32,000 bases of DNA from Candidatus Saccharimonadota bacterium (GTDB taxonomy: Bacteria > Pseudomonadota > Gammaproteobacteria > Enterobacterales > Enterobacteriaceae): NCBI GenBank assembly GCA_041941795.1, contig CP145872.1, positions 330,001 through 362,000 on the forward strand. Direction: 5' to 3'. A program made the position numbers and the translations under genes. Positions 1-11,262 of the stretch are shown here, in pieces. A model generated the notes under the pieces. That model saw only the letters and a list, made by a program, of their open reading frames with translations. It was not told the DNA's origin and did no database searches. Within the stretch, counting starts at the first letter, position 1, and each line of letters begins with the position of its first letter.

Positions 1-1
1 A

Positions 2-421
2 ATTGCCGATAGCAGTGGAATCCCAGCTAATAAAATGACTGAGCTGAGAAAATTAACACGTGAAAGTAACGTATATATGTATGTAGCACGTAATACACTA
101 TTACGTATTATAGTTCGTGAGACTAAATTTAAATGTATAATGGAATATTTAAGAGGACCTTGTTTAATTGCTTTTTCAAAGGTTCATCCGGGCACTGCGG
201 CTCGGATATTTAATAATTTTGCTAAAACGAATAGTAAATTTATTGTTAAAGCCGCGTCTTATGAAGGGAAACAACTTATTGATGAACAAATAGAAGTTTT
301 AGCTTCGCTACCTACTTATGAAGAAGCAGTAAGACGATTAATCATAACTATGCAAGAAATATCTAGTGGGAGATTAGTTCGTAGTCTAGCCAATTACTGC
401 AAGAGTAAACATCCCAGGTAG
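2..421 (+). CDS. rplJ: 50S ribosomal protein L10, 5'-partial (runs off the window start)
   Basis: Frame 2 is open from the window edge (IADSSGIPANKMTELRKL...). It aligns to E. coli L10 (VADSRGVTVDKMTELRKAG...VVRNTLLRR...LPTYEEA). It lies directly upstream of rplL, as in the canonical operon. Stop TAG at 419-421. Confidence 0.95.
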   Translation: MADSSGIPANKMTELRKLTRESNVYMYVARNTLLRIIVRETKFKCIMEYLRGPCLIAFSKVHPGTAARIFNNFAKTNSKFIVKAASYEGKQLIDEQIEVLASLPTYEEAVRRLIITMQEISSGRLVRSLANYCKSKHPR

Positions 422-509
422 ATTCTAATCATCTTAGAAAAAATTTAGTGTCTTTCTTAGAAAGAAAAAGATTCAAAAATAACTAATTGTTTTTGGGGAG
501 AGAAGTATT

Positions 510-884
510 ATGTCTATAAGTAAAGAGCAAATACTTGCAGCCGTAGCAGCGATGTCCGTTATGGAGGTAACCGAATTAGTTGAGGCTATGGAAAAAAAAT
601 TTGGAGTTTCTGCCGCTGCTAATATAGGTTCGGTAGGAGGAACACAGCCAATTTCAGAGGAAGTAGAAGAAAAAACAGAATTTTCGGTATTTTTAACTGC
701 TATTGGTAACAATAAAATCGCTGTTATTAAAGCAGTAAGAGGGATCACAGGATTAGGACTAAAAGATGCTAAAGATCTAGTAGAATCTACGCCTACTGTT
801 ATCAAGGATAGTATTAGTAAAGAAGCCGCGGAAAATTTAAAAAAATCTTTAGAAGAAACAGGAGCATCTATAGAAATAAAATAA
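510..884 (+). CDS. rplL: 50S ribosomal protein L7/L12
   Basis: The 124-aa product ([37 protein letters not shown]...[20 protein letters not shown]) is collinear with E. coli L7/L12. A GGGGAGAGAAG Shine-Dalgarno (SD) region lies just upstream of the ATG. Confidence 0.97.
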   Translation: MSISKEQILAAVAAMSVMEVTELVEAMEKKFGVSAAANIGSVGGTQPISEEVEEKTEFSVFLTAIGNNKIAVIKAVRGITGLGLKDAKDLVESTPTVIKDSISKEAAENLKKSLEETGASIEIK

Positions 885-1126
885 AAATACTTAATATTCG
901 GTATTCCACATTAACATTTGGTATATTATTCAAATAAATATGAGGATAGTGTTCCGATATTTTTCATCCTTTTTATTTTCTAAAATTAGAATAAGAAAAT
1001 TTTATCAAAACTTATTATTTTTTATAAGTGAAATTCACTCTTACTAAGAGTAATTAGTAAGCTCTATATTACAATATACTAAAGATATTGGTTATATTAT
1101 CCTACATACTGAGGAAGCCTCACCCT

Positions 1127-4100
1127 ATGGTTGTTTATTCCCATACAGAAAAGAAACGCATCCGGAAGGATTTTGGTAAACGTACCCAAGTATTGGATTT
1201 TCCATATCTACTTTCCATCCAACTTGATTCATTTCAAAAATTTATTGCAAAAGAGGAAGGACAGTCGGGTTTAGAAGCAGCGTTACGTTCCGTATTTCCT
1301 ATAAAAAGTCCAAATAATGATTCGGAAATTCAATATATTGATTTTCGTCTAGGTAGTACACTTTTCAATGTTAAAGAATGTCAGACTCGTAGTTTAACAT
1401 ACTCCGTTCCTTTACGAGTTCAACTGCGTCTTATTGTATATGATAATGAAGGATCAGAGCGATCCATAAAATTTATAAAAGAACAGGAAGTGTATATGGG
1501 GGATATACCCCTAATGACCGAACATGGGACCTTTATAATTAATGGTACGGAGAGAGTAGTAGTATCTCAACTGCATCGTAGTCCTGGAGTCTTCTTTGAT
1601 AGTGATAAGGGAAAGTCTCATTCTTCCGGAAAAGTATTATATAATGCACGCATTATACCTTACCGGGGATCATGGTTAGATTTTGAATTTGATCCTAAAG
1701 ATCATTTATTTGTCCGGATTGATAGACGTCGTAAATTACCTGCAACAATTATTTTACGTGCTCTTAATTATACTACTCAAGAGATTCTCGGACTGTTTTT
1801 TGAAAAAATGATTTTTGAAATAAAGAATAATAAAAAATTTAAATTAGAATTGATAGCAAATCGGTTACGTGGAGAAATGCTGTCATTTAATATTGAAGCA
1901 CATGGAAAAGTTTATATTGAAAAAGGACGTCGGATTACTCCTCGACATATCAGACTTCTAGAACAAGCACAGATCAAAGATATTGAAGTTCCAATTGAAT
2001 ACATTGTAGGTAAGATAAGTGCTAAAAATTATATTAATGAATATACGGGCCAATTAATTTGTACCGCTAATACTGAATTGACAGTAGAAATAATAGAAAA
2101 CTTGATTGTATCGGGTTTTAAATATATTGAAACTATATTTACTAACGACTTAGATCATGGATCTTATATATCACAAACATTACAAATTGATAATAGTAGT
2201 GATCGTTACAGTGCTTTAGTAGAACTTTATCGGATGATGCGTCCTGGCGAACCTCCTACACTGGCAGCAATCGAAAATCTGTTTGAAAATATCTTTTTTT
2301 CAGAAGAACGGTATGATCTTTCAATAGTGGGTAGAATGAAATTAAATCGTTCTTTAAATAGAGATCATAGTGAAGGTCCTAGTACTCTTACGCCAGTTGA
2401 TATCGTAGAAGTGATGAAAAAACTTATTAGTATTCGGGATGGAAAAGGTGAAGTAGATGATATAGATCATCTAGGAAATCGACGGATCCGATGTGTAGGA
2501 GAAATGACTGCAAATCAATTTAGAATTGGTTTAGCTCGTCTTGAGCGCTCAGTAAGAGAAAAGTTATCAGTGGGTAATTTAGATTCAACTGTTCCACAAG
2601 ATTTAATTAATGCTAAACCCATTTCTGCGGCGGTGAAAGAATTTTTTAGCACTAGTCAGCTATCACAATTTATGGATCAAAATAATCCTTTAGCCGAAGT
2701 TACTCATAAACGTCGGATTTCAGCACTGGGTCCAGGAGGATTAACTCGTGAACGGGCAGGATTTGAAGTAAGAGATGTTCATCCTACTCATTATGGAAGA
2801 GTATGTCCTATTGAAACACCAGAAGGACCTAATATAGGATTAATTAATTCGTTATCAGTATATGCACAACCCAACGAATATGGATTTTTAGAAACGCCCT
2901 ATCGTAGAGTATGCAACGGTAGAGTAACCGATGAAATTCATTATCTTTCGGCTCTAGAAGAAAGTAAATATATTATTGCACCAGCTAATACTATTATCAA
3001 TGACCACGGAGTCTTAGAATCCGATTTAATAATCGGTCGTAGAAAAGGAGAATCAGGTTTATTTAATAGTAATGAAATTGATTATATGGATGTAGCAACG
3101 GAGCAAATAATGTCAGTAGGAGCTGCGCTAATACCGTTTTTAGAACATGATGATGCTAATCGTGCCTTAATGGGAGCTAATATGCAACGTCAGGCAGTAC
3201 CCACATTACGTTCAGAAAAACCATTAGTAGGTACTGGAATGGAACGTCCAGTAGCGATAGATTCTGGGGTCACTATCATAGCAAAACGCGGAGGTATGAT
3301 TCACTATTTGGATGCTGCTCGCATTGTAGTCAAGGTTAAGGAAGAAGAAATAGATCAAAATGATCCAGGTCTTGATATTTATAATTTAACTAAATATGTT
3401 CGTTCTAATCAAAATACTTGTATAAATCAGAAGCCGTGTGTTTCATTAGGAGAAATTATAGAGCGCGGAGATGTCCTCGCTGATGGTCCAGCTACGGATC
3501 TCGGAGAACTAGCGTTAGGTCATAATCTGAGAGTAGCATTCATGCCCTGGTTAGGTTATAATTTCGAAGATTCTATTCTGATCTCAGAAGATATAGTACA
3601 CAAAGATAAATTTACTACTATTCATATTCAGGAACTGTCCTGTATATCTCGTGATACTAAGTTAGGTATCGAGGAAATTACTGCCGATATTCCAAATGTA
3701 GGAGAAGCAGCTCTTTCGAAATTAGATGAATCCGGGATTGTCTATATAGGAGCAGAAGTTTCAGAAGGAGAGATCTTAGTAGGTAAAGTCACTCCTAAAG
3801 GAGAAACTCAACTCTCGCCCGAAGAAAAATTATTGCATGCAATTTTTGGAGAGAAAGCATCTGATGTAAAAGATACTTCTCTGCGGGTTCCTAATGGAGT
3901 ATCCGGTACTGTAATAGACGTACAAGTCTTTACTCGAGAAGGTATAGCTAAAGATCACCGTTCTTTAGAGATAGAAAAACTCTTAATACAAAAATCAAAG
4001 AAAGATTTAACTGAAGAATTACAAATTTTAGAAGATGGTATTTCTTCTCGAATTCAATCTTTTTTAATCAATAGTGGCGTTAAACATAAAGACAATTTTT

Positions 4101-5161
4101 CTTATTTAAGTGCCGAACAGTGGTTAAATATTAATTTAGATAATAGAGATCAACAAAAAGAAGTAGACCACCTAATAAAACAATATAAAAATTTAAAACA
4201 AAAATTTGACTCTCAAGTGGAAGCAAAACGCATCAAAATTAGTCAAGGTGATAATTTATCTCCAGGAGTATTAAAAACAGTGAAAGTATATTTAGCTGTA
4301 AAACGACAGATACAACCAGGTGATAAAATGGCTGGTCGACATGGTAATAAAGGAGTAATATCTAAAATTACTCCTCTAGAAGATATGCCATATGATACCA
4401 ATGGTATTCCAGTAGATATAGTCCTTAATCCATTAGGAGTTCCTTCGAGAATGAATATTGGACAAATACTTGAAACTCATCTAGGTATGGCCGCAAAAGG
4501 AATAGGTGACCAAATTAATAGGATGATGAATAAATATTCTTCAGTTAATGAAGTGCGTAATTTTATTCAAAAATACTATGATGTGGGAGTGAACCTACGG
4601 AATAAAGTCGATTTAAAAAGTTTTAGTGATGATGAAATTCTACAACTAGCGGAAAATCTTAGACAAGGTATGCCCGTATCATGTCCAGTATTCGACGGTG
4701 CTAAAGAGACAGAAATTAAAGAAATGTTAGAATTAGTAAATCTCCCTTCTTCTGGTCAGATTACTTTATTTGATGGTCGTACCGGAGAACAATTTGAGCG
4801 ACCCGTTACTGTAGGTTACATGTATATGATGAAATTAAATCATTTAGTAGATGATAAAATGCATGCTCGGTCTACTGGGTCTTACAGCTTGATAACCCAG
4901 CAACCGTTAGGAGGAAAAGCTCAGTTTGGAGGACAACGTTTCGGAGAAATGGAAGTATGGGCTCTAGAAGCCTATGGAGCTGCTTACACTTTGCAGGAAA
5001 TGCTTACGATTAAATCAGATGATGTGATTGGTCGAACTAAGATGTATAAAAATATTGTAGATGGTAACCATCAGATGGAAGCTGGCATCCCAGAATCTTT
5101 CAATGTCCTAGTAAAGGAAATTCGTTCTCTGGGTCTAAATATAGAGTTAGAAAACGAATAA
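1127..5161 (+). CDS. rpoB: DNA-directed RNA polymerase subunit beta
   Basis: Collinear with E. coli RpoB over the full length. The start is placed at ATG 1127 ([18 protein letters not shown] vs E. coli [17 protein letters not shown]), with a GAGGA SD at about 1112-1116. The track's TTG at 1088 adds 13 non-homologous residues. Confidence 0.98.
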   Translation: MVVYSHTEKKRIRKDFGKRTQVLDFPYLLSIQLDSFQKFIAKEEGQSGLEAALRSVFPIKSPNNDSEIQYIDFRLGSTLFNVKECQTRSLTYSVPLRVQLRLIVYDNEGSERSIKFIKEQEVYMGDIPLMTEHGTFIINGTERVVVSQLHRSPGVFFDSDKGKSHSSGKVLYNARIIPYRGSWLDFEFDPKDHLFVRIDRRRKLPATIILRALNYTTQEILGLFFEKMIFEIKNNKKFKLELIANRLRGEMLSFNIEAHGKVYIEKGRRITPRHIRLLEQAQIKDIEVPIEYIVGKISAKNYINEYTGQLICTANTELTVEIIENLIVSGFKYIETIFTNDLDHGSYISQTLQIDNSSDRYSALVELYRMMRPGEPPTLAAIENLFENIFFSEERYDLSIVGRMKLNRSLNRDHSEGPSTLTPVDIVEVMKKLISIRDGKGEVDDIDHLGNRRIRCVGEMTANQFRIGLARLERSVREKLSVGNLDSTVPQDLINAKPISAAVKEFFSTSQLSQFMDQNNPLAEVTHKRRISALGPGGLTRERAGFEVRDVHPTHYGRVCPIETPEGPNIGLINSLSVYAQPNEYGFLETPYRRVCNGRVTDEIHYLSALEESKYIIAPANTIINDHGVLESDLIIGRRKGESGLFNSNEIDYMDVATEQIMSVGAALIPFLEHDDANRALMGANMQRQAVPTLRSEKPLVGTGMERPVAIDSGVTIIAKRGGMIHYLDAARIVVKVKEEEIDQNDPGLDIYNLTKYVRSNQNTCINQKPCVSLGEIIERGDVLADGPATDLGELALGHNLRVAFMPWLGYNFEDSILISEDIVHKDKFTTIHIQELSCISRDTKLGIEEITADIPNVGEAALSKLDESGIVYIGAEVSEGEILVGKVTPKGETQLSPEEKLLHAIFGEKASDVKDTSLRVPNGVSGTVIDVQVFTREGIAKDHRSLEIEKLLIQKSKKDLTEELQILEDGISSRIQSFLINSGVKHKDNFSYLSAEQWLNINLDNRDQQKEVDHLIKQYKNLKQKFDSQVEAKRIKISQGDNLSPGVLKTVKVYLAVKRQIQPGDKMAGRHGNKGVISKITPLEDMPYDTNGIPVDIVLNPLGVPSRMNIGQILETHLGMAAKGIGDQINRMMNKYSSVNEVRNFIQKYYDVGVNLRNKVDLKSFSDDEILQLAENLRQGMPVSCPVFDGAKETEIKEMLELVNLPSSGQITLFDGRTGEQFERPVTVGYMYMMKLNHLVDDKMHARSTGSYSLITQQPLGGKAQFGGQRFGEMEVWALEAYGAAYTLQEMLTIKSDDVIGRTKMYKNIVDGNHQMEAGIPESFNVLVKEIRSLGLNIELENE

Positions 5162-5257
5162 TTTTCAGAAAAATAAATATTGATTAGATCCGATTAAGTA
5201 ATTTTATTTATGTATTCGTTATCTGCTTCACTCCTTTCACCATATAGGAGCTAATTT

Positions 5258-8200
5258 GTGAAAGATTTCCTTAAATTACTCAAAGCACAAACTAAAACAG
5301 AATTTAATTCAATAAAAATTTCTTTAGCTTCTCCTGATATAATCCGTTCCTGGTCTTATGGAGAAGTCAAAAAACCAGAAACCATTAATTATCGTACCTT
5401 TAAGCCGGAACGAGAGGGACTCTTTTGTGCACGAATTTTTGGTCCTATAAAAGATTATGAGTGTTTATGTGGAAAATATAAACGTCTTAAACATCGAGGA
5501 ATAATATGTGAAAAATGTGGTGTTGAAGTAACACACACTAAAGTTCGTCGTGAACGAATGGGACATATAGAATTAGCTTCTCCTACTGCACATATTTGGT
5601 TTCTAAAATCTTTACCCTCACGGATCGGATTATTACTGGATATGCCTCTTCGAGATATTGAACGAGTACTTTATTTTGAATCCTATGTGATTGTAGAAGA
5701 GGGAATGACTAATCTTGAACGGCGACAGCTTTTAACCGAAGAACAATATCTAGATGCTCTAGAAGAATTTGGAGATGAATTTGAAGCTAAAATGGGAGCA
5801 GAAGCCATTCAATATCTGTTAAAAAACCTTAATGTTCAACAAGAGTGCCAGCGGTTAATTGAAGATTTTCATTCTTCTTCCTCGGAAAATAAACGAAAAA
5901 AGATTACCAAACGTATTAATTTATTAGAATCTTTTCTCAAGTCGGGAAATAAACCGGAATGGATGATATTAACTGTATTACCAGTTTTACCTCCTGATTT
6001 ACGACCTTTAGTGCCTTTAGAAGGAGGCCGTTTTGCTACATCTGATCTTAATGATTTATATAGGCGCGTTATTAATCGTAATAATAGATTAAAACGTCTT
6101 TTGGAGTTATCAGCACCAGATATAATTGTGCGTAATGAAAAACGTATGCTGCAAGAAGCAGTGGATGCCCTGTTAGATAATGGCCGACGAGGAAAAGCAA
6201 TTGTTGGTTCTAATAAACGTCCGCTTAAATCTATTACCGAGATGATCAAGGGTAAACAAGGAAGGTTTCGACAAAATTTATTAGGAAAACGTGTAGATTA
6301 CTCCGGAAGATCTGTCATAACAGTAGGACCATATTTACGTCTGCAACAATGTGGGCTACCGAAGAAAATGGCTCTAGAATTATTTAAACCTTTTATTTAT
6401 GGTAAATTAGAAAAACAAGGTCTGGCCACTACTATTAAAACTGCTAAAAAAATGGTTGAACGTGAAGAACCAGTAGTATGGGATATTTTAGAGGAAGTTA
6501 TTCGTGAACATCCGGTATTGCTCAATAGAGCACCAACCTTACATCGACTAGGAATTCAAGCCTTTGAACCTCTCCTGATTGAAGGGAAAGCAATTCAGCT
6601 ACATCCTTTAGTATGTGCCGCCTATAATGCGGACTTTGATGGTGATCAAATGGCAGTCCACGTACCATTAAGTTTAGAATCGCAATTAGAGGCTAGATCC
6701 CTTATGATGTCTACTAATAATATTTTATCACCAGCTAATGGCGAACCTATTATGGTTCCATCTCAGGATGTAGTTTTAGGATTATACTATATGACGATAG
6801 ATAAAGTTAATGCTAAGGGAGAAGGAATGGTGTTAAGTAATCCCAAAGAAGCAGAACATGTATATCGAGGAGGCATAGCCGATTTGCATGCTAGAGTGAC
6901 TGTACGAATCACCGAATATCAAAAGAAGTCCGATGAACAATGGATGGCTCAAACTCATTTAATTAATACTACTATAGGTAGAACTCTTCTTTGGATGATT
7001 GTACCTAAAGGACTATCTTTTTCTCTGGTTAATAAGCCCTTAGGAAAAAAAGATATATCCCAACTTTTAAATACTTGTTATAGGATTTTAGGATTAAAAG
7101 CTACCGTGATTTTCTCAGATCAGGTGATGTATGCAGGATTTACCTATGCTGCTCGTTCAGGTGCTTCGGTAGGAATTGATGACATGATAGTACCAAGTAA
7201 TAAAGAGGAAATTATTTGTGAAGCAGAGAAAGAAGTTTCAGAAATTCAAATGCAATTTCAATCGGGATTAGTGACCACAGGAGAACGATATCATAAGATT
7301 ATCGATATATGGACATTAGCTAATGAAAAAGTTGCTCAAGCTATGATGAAAACTCTTTCTCCCGAAAGAGTCATAAATAGTTTTGGGGAAAAAGAACAAC
7401 AAACTTCATTTAATAGTATTTTTATGATGGCCGATTCTGGAGCTCGAGGGTCCGCAGCACAAATTAGACAGTTATCTGGTATGCGTGGTTTAATGGCTAA
7501 ACCCGATGGATCAATTATTGAAACTCCTATTACTGCTAATTTTCGTGAAGGTCTTAATATACTTCAATATTTTATTTCTACCCATGGAGCGCGGAAAGGG
7601 TTAGCAGACACAGCCTTAAAAACGGCGAATGCAGGATATTTAACCCGTCGCTTAGTAGATGTGGCGCAGGATTTAGTAGTAACGGAAGATAATTGTGGGA
7701 CTGATGAGGGCATTTTAATCACTTCCATAATAGAAGGAGGAGAAGTAAAAGAATCTCTACGAGAACGAGTGTTAGGTAGAGTCACTGCATGCAATATACT
7801 TAATTCAACAGGTGATATTTTAATCTCACGGGATACATTACTTAATGAAAAGTTATGTAAACTTTTAGAAGACAGTTCGATTGATTTTGTTAAAGTCCGT
7901 TCGGTCGTAAGCTGTGAAACTGCCTTCGGGGTATGTTCTTACTGTTATGGGAGAGATTTATCTCGGCGAGAATTAGTGAATAAAGGAGAAGCAATAGGGG
8001 TAATAGCAGCCCAATCTATTGGAGAACCCGGAACCCAGTTAACTATGCGCACTTTTCATATCGGCGGAGCCGCTTCTCGTTCTGCATCAGAATCTAGTAT
8101 TGAAATTAAACATTCGGGATGGATTAAGTTAGTTAATGCTAAAACAGTGAAAACTGCCAATGGAAAGTTAGTTATTACTACCCGAAATGTCGAACTACAA

Positions 8201-9496
8201 ATAATAGATAAATTAAATCGAATCCAAGAAAGTTATAAAGTTCCATATGGAGCGATTATGACTAAAATAGATGGTAATAGGGTGCAGACAGGAGAAATAG
8301 TAGCTAACTGGGATCCTCATACTATGCCAGTGATTACTGAAGTAGATGGTTTTATTCAATTAATGGATTTGATTGAAGGACAGACTATTCTTCGACAAAC
8401 AGACGATTTAACTGGGTTAAGTTCTATAGTAGTATTAGATTCCTCTGAACGTCCTGCGGTCGGAAGAGAACTACGTCCCGCCATAAAAATAGTTAATAAC
8501 AAGGGAGAAGAAGTATTTCTCCCAGGAAAAAAAGATATCCCGGCACAATATTTTTTACCGGGCAGAGCTATTGTACAACTTGAGGATAATGTATGGGTTA
8601 GTGCCGGTGATACATTAGCTCGGGTTCCACAAGAAACAGGCGGCACTAAAGATATTACGGGAGGATTACCGCGTGTAGCGGATGTCTTTGAAGCACGACG
8701 ACCAAAAGATTCCGCTATTTTAGCCGAAAAAAGTGGAATAATATCTTTTGGCAAAGAAACTAAAGGGAAACGTCGTCTTATTATAACCCCTGTCGATGAG
8801 AGTGAATTACCCTACGAAGAAATGATTCCTAAGTGGAGACAATTAAATGTCCTTGAAGGTGAACAAGTAGAACTAGGAGACATTATATCTGATGGGGTCG
8901 AATCACCACATGATATTCTTCGATTACGTGGCATCCAGGCAGTAACCAGATATATAACTAATGAAGTTCAAGAGGTTTATCGTTTACAAGGAGTAAGAAT
9001 TAATGATAAGCATATTGAAGTAATCGTACGTCAAATGTTACGAAAAGTTACCATCACAAAATCATGTGATACTTCCTTTTTAGAAGGAGATCAAATAGAA
9101 TACTCACGTGTCAAAATAGTCAATGATCAATTACATAAACAAGGAAAACAAGGGGCAAAATATACGCGGGAGTTATTAGGAATAACTAAAGCTTCTCTAG
9201 CTACAGAGTCCTTTATTTCGGCGGCTTCTTTTCAAGAAACTACTCGAGTATTGACCGAATCCGCCGTAGCGGGAAAAAAAGATGAACTCCGTGGTTTAAA
9301 AGAAAATGTTATTGTTGGACGTTTAATTCCAGCTGGTACTGGTTACGCTTATCATCAAGAAAGATTACGTTCCAAGAAGAAAAAACACGAACTAAATTTT
9401 CTGCAAACTTCTCCAACAATCCGAACAGAAGAAGTGTCATCTATCAGATTATCTGAACTGGTAGATAGTGACAGTAATGAGAAAAGAGAGGATTAA
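5258..9496 (+). CDS. rpoC: DNA-directed RNA polymerase subunit beta'
   Basis: GTG start preceded by an AGGAG SD. The product ([15 protein letters not shown]...) is collinear with E. coli RpoC. The Zn finger [23 protein letters not shown] and the catalytic motif NADFDGDQM are present. Confidence 0.98.
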   Translation: MKDFLKLLKAQTKTEFNSIKISLASPDIIRSWSYGEVKKPETINYRTFKPEREGLFCARIFGPIKDYECLCGKYKRLKHRGIICEKCGVEVTHTKVRRERMGHIELASPTAHIWFLKSLPSRIGLLLDMPLRDIERVLYFESYVIVEEGMTNLERRQLLTEEQYLDALEEFGDEFEAKMGAEAIQYLLKNLNVQQECQRLIEDFHSSSSENKRKKITKRINLLESFLKSGNKPEWMILTVLPVLPPDLRPLVPLEGGRFATSDLNDLYRRVINRNNRLKRLLELSAPDIIVRNEKRMLQEAVDALLDNGRRGKAIVGSNKRPLKSITEMIKGKQGRFRQNLLGKRVDYSGRSVITVGPYLRLQQCGLPKKMALELFKPFIYGKLEKQGLATTIKTAKKMVEREEPVVWDILEEVIREHPVLLNRAPTLHRLGIQAFEPLLIEGKAIQLHPLVCAAYNADFDGDQMAVHVPLSLESQLEARSLMMSTNNILSPANGEPIMVPSQDVVLGLYYMTIDKVNAKGEGMVLSNPKEAEHVYRGGIADLHARVTVRITEYQKKSDEQWMAQTHLINTTIGRTLLWMIVPKGLSFSLVNKPLGKKDISQLLNTCYRILGLKATVIFSDQVMYAGFTYAARSGASVGIDDMIVPSNKEEIICEAEKEVSEIQMQFQSGLVTTGERYHKIIDIWTLANEKVAQAMMKTLSPERVINSFGEKEQQTSFNSIFMMADSGARGSAAQIRQLSGMRGLMAKPDGSIIETPITANFREGLNILQYFISTHGARKGLADTALKTANAGYLTRRLVDVAQDLVVTEDNCGTDEGILITSIIEGGEVKESLRERVLGRVTACNILNSTGDILISRDTLLNEKLCKLLEDSSIDFVKVRSVVSCETAFGVCSYCYGRDLSRRELVNKGEAIGVIAAQSIGEPGTQLTMRTFHIGGAASRSASESSIEIKHSGWIKLVNAKTVKTANGKLVITTRNVELQIIDKLNRIQESYKVPYGAIMTKIDGNRVQTGEIVANWDPHTMPVITEVDGFIQLMDLIEGQTILRQTDDLTGLSSIVVLDSSERPAVGRELRPAIKIVNNKGEEVFLPGKKDIPAQYFLPGRAIVQLEDNVWVSAGDTLARVPQETGGTKDITGGLPRVADVFEARRPKDSAILAEKSGIISFGKETKGKRRLIITPVDESELPYEEMIPKWRQLNVLEGEQVELGDIISDGVESPHDILRLRGIQAVTRYITNEVQEVYRLQGVRINDKHIEVIVRQMLRKVTITKSCDTSFLEGDQIEYSRVKIVNDQLHKQGKQGAKYTRELLGITKASLATESFISAASFQETTRVLTESAVAGKKDELRGLKENVIVGRLIPAGTGYAYHQERLRSKKKKHELNFLQTSPTIRTEEVSSIRLSELVDSDSNEKRED

Positions 9497-9546
9497 TAAT
9501 CAAGTGTTGAAAATTTAATTAGTATCGTTTGGGTATCATAAATCTT

Positions 9547-11262
9547 ATGCGTACTAGTAAATATTTACTTTTTACTTTAAAGGAAAAACCTAAAGCTGCA
9601 GAAATTATCAGTCATCAATTAATGCTTCGAGGTGGATTGATTCGCTCAATATCATCTGGATTATATACTTGGTTACCAACCGGAGTACGTGTTCTAAAAA
9701 AAATTGAAAATATAGTCCGAGAAGAAATGAGTAAGATAGGTTCCTTAGAAGTCTCTATGCCTATAGTTCAGCCTGCGGAGTTATGGCAAGAAAGTGGAAG
9801 ATTAGAATCTTATGGACCAGAATTATTACGTTTTGTGGACCGCAAAAAACGTAATTTGGTGTTATCTCCTACTCACGAAGAGTGTATTACCGATTTAATC
9901 CGTTATCAAGTGAATTCATATAAACAATTACCCCTTAATCTGTTTCAGATCCAAACGAAATTTCGTGATGAGCCTCGTCCTCGTTATGGAATTATCAGAT
10001 CCCGAGAGTTTATCATGAAAGATGCATATTCTTTCCATGAAAATTCAGAGTGTCTCCAAAAAACTTATACTGAGATGTATAATGCTTATAACAAAATTAT
10101 CAGGAAATTAGGTTTAAATTTTAGAATAGTCCAAGCAGATACGGGATCCATGGGAGGTAATACATCACATGAATTTCAAGTATTAGCTAATCACGGAGAA
10201 AATATTATTGTTTTTTCTGATGTATCAAATTATGTATCAAAAATAGATTTTGCAGAGTCTCTGAGTAACCTAGGAACAAAAGTCTATGAGACTTCTCATC
10301 ATTCATTAGCTCCTCTATCCCTCATAAGAGGTAATTTACTATTGAGTGCAGAGAAAATTATAAAAACCTTTATAGTAAAGGCACAAAAAAATCATCATTA
10401 TAAGTGGATAGCACTCTTAATTAGAGGAGATCATGAATTAAACCTAGTAAAAGCAGAAAAAATAGATATGGTAGCAAAACCCTTAATTTACGCTACCAAG
10501 AAAGAATTACGTCAATATATAGGAACAGATCTAAGTGATTCTATAGGTCCAATCAATCTACCCATTCCTATTATAGCCGATAGAAGTTTAGCAGATCTTA
10601 AAAATTTTTCGGTGGGAGCAAATGTAAAAGACCAATATTATTTAGGGATGAACTGGATACGTGATTTAAAATTACCCCAAATAGCGGATCTTCGGAACGT
10701 GGTAGAGGGAGATCCTAGTCCGGATGGACAGGGAAACTTAAAATTACATCGTAGTATTGAAATAGCGCATATTTTTCAACTAGGAAATAAATATTCACTA
10801 GCAATGAAGGCCAAAATACAAGATAAGAATGGATATCTTAAAAATATATTTATGGGGTGTTATGGAATAGGCATTTCAAGAATCGTTGCAGCATGTATTG
10901 AGCAATCTCATGATCAACGTGGAATTATATGGCCTAGTAATATTATAGCTCCCTTTCAAGTAGCTATTATACCTATAGATTATCATCAATCTAATCGAGT
11001 TAGAACCATATCAGAAAATATTTATTTTGGTCTGTGTGCTAATAATATTGATATCATTCTTGATGATAGAAAAGAACATATAGGAATAATGTTATCCGAC
11101 ATGGAATTAATAGGTATTCCACACATGATTATTGTCAGTGATCGCTATTTAGATAAACATGTAATTGTCTATAAATCCCGAAAACTACATGATAATAATC
11201 AATTATTAATTGATAGTTCTCAAATTATTAATTTTATAATTGAAAAATTCAAGAAATGCTAA
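9547..11262 (+). CDS. proS: Proline--tRNA ligase (with INS editing-domain region)
   Basis: Start at ATG 9547 (MRTSKYLLFTLKEKP vs E. coli MRTSQYLLSTLKETP). The 571-aa product is collinear with the ~572-aa E. coli ProS. The track's TTG at 9529 adds 6 non-homologous residues. Confidence 0.96.
   Translation: MRTSKYLLFTLKEKPKAAEIISHQLMLRGGLIRSISSGLYTWLPTGVRVLKKIENIVREEMSKIGSLEVSMPIVQPAELWQESGRLESYGPELLRFVDRKKRNLVLSPTHEECITDLIRYQVNSYKQLPLNLFQIQTKFRDEPRPRYGIIRSREFIMKDAYSFHENSECLQKTYTEMYNAYNKIIRKLGLNFRIVQADTGSMGGNTSHEFQVLANHGENIIVFSDVSNYVSKIDFAESLSNLGTKVYETSHHSLAPLSLIRGNLLLSAEKIIKTFIVKAQKNHHYKWIALLIRGDHELNLVKAEKIDMVAKPLIYATKKELRQYIGTDLSDSIGPINLPIPIIADRSLADLKNFSVGANVKDQYYLGMNWIRDLKLPQIADLRNVVEGDPSPDGQGNLKLHRSIEIAHIFQLGNKYSLAMKAKIQDKNGYLKNIFMGCYGIGISRIVAACIEQSHDQRGIIWPSNIIAPFQVAIIPIDYHQSNRVRTISENIYFGLCANNIDIILDDRKEHIGIMLSDMELIGIPHMIIVSDRYLDKHVIVYKSRKLHDNNQLLIDSSQIINFIIEKFKKC

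Noticed and set aside
473-805. A 110-aa ORF on the minus strand.
   Set aside because: It lies almost entirely antisense within rplL and its upstream spacer. It is a shadow ORF of a highly conserved gene, with a low-complexity translation and no recognisable homology.
1088-1126. Longer upstream starts suggested by the track: TTG 1088 for rpoB, and similarly TTG 9529 for proS, TTG 27674 for map and TTG 30113 for yajC.
   Set aside because: In each case an ATG a few codons downstream coincides with the E. coli N-terminus. For rpoB and yajC that ATG is also preceded by a good SD, which the longer frame would overlap.
5869-8754. Three minus-strand ORFs (5869-6249, 7564-7794, 8356-8754).
   Set aside because: All are antisense inside rpoC, whose + frame is unambiguously coding. 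They are shadow frames, with Ser/Arg/Pro-rich translations typical of reverse complements.
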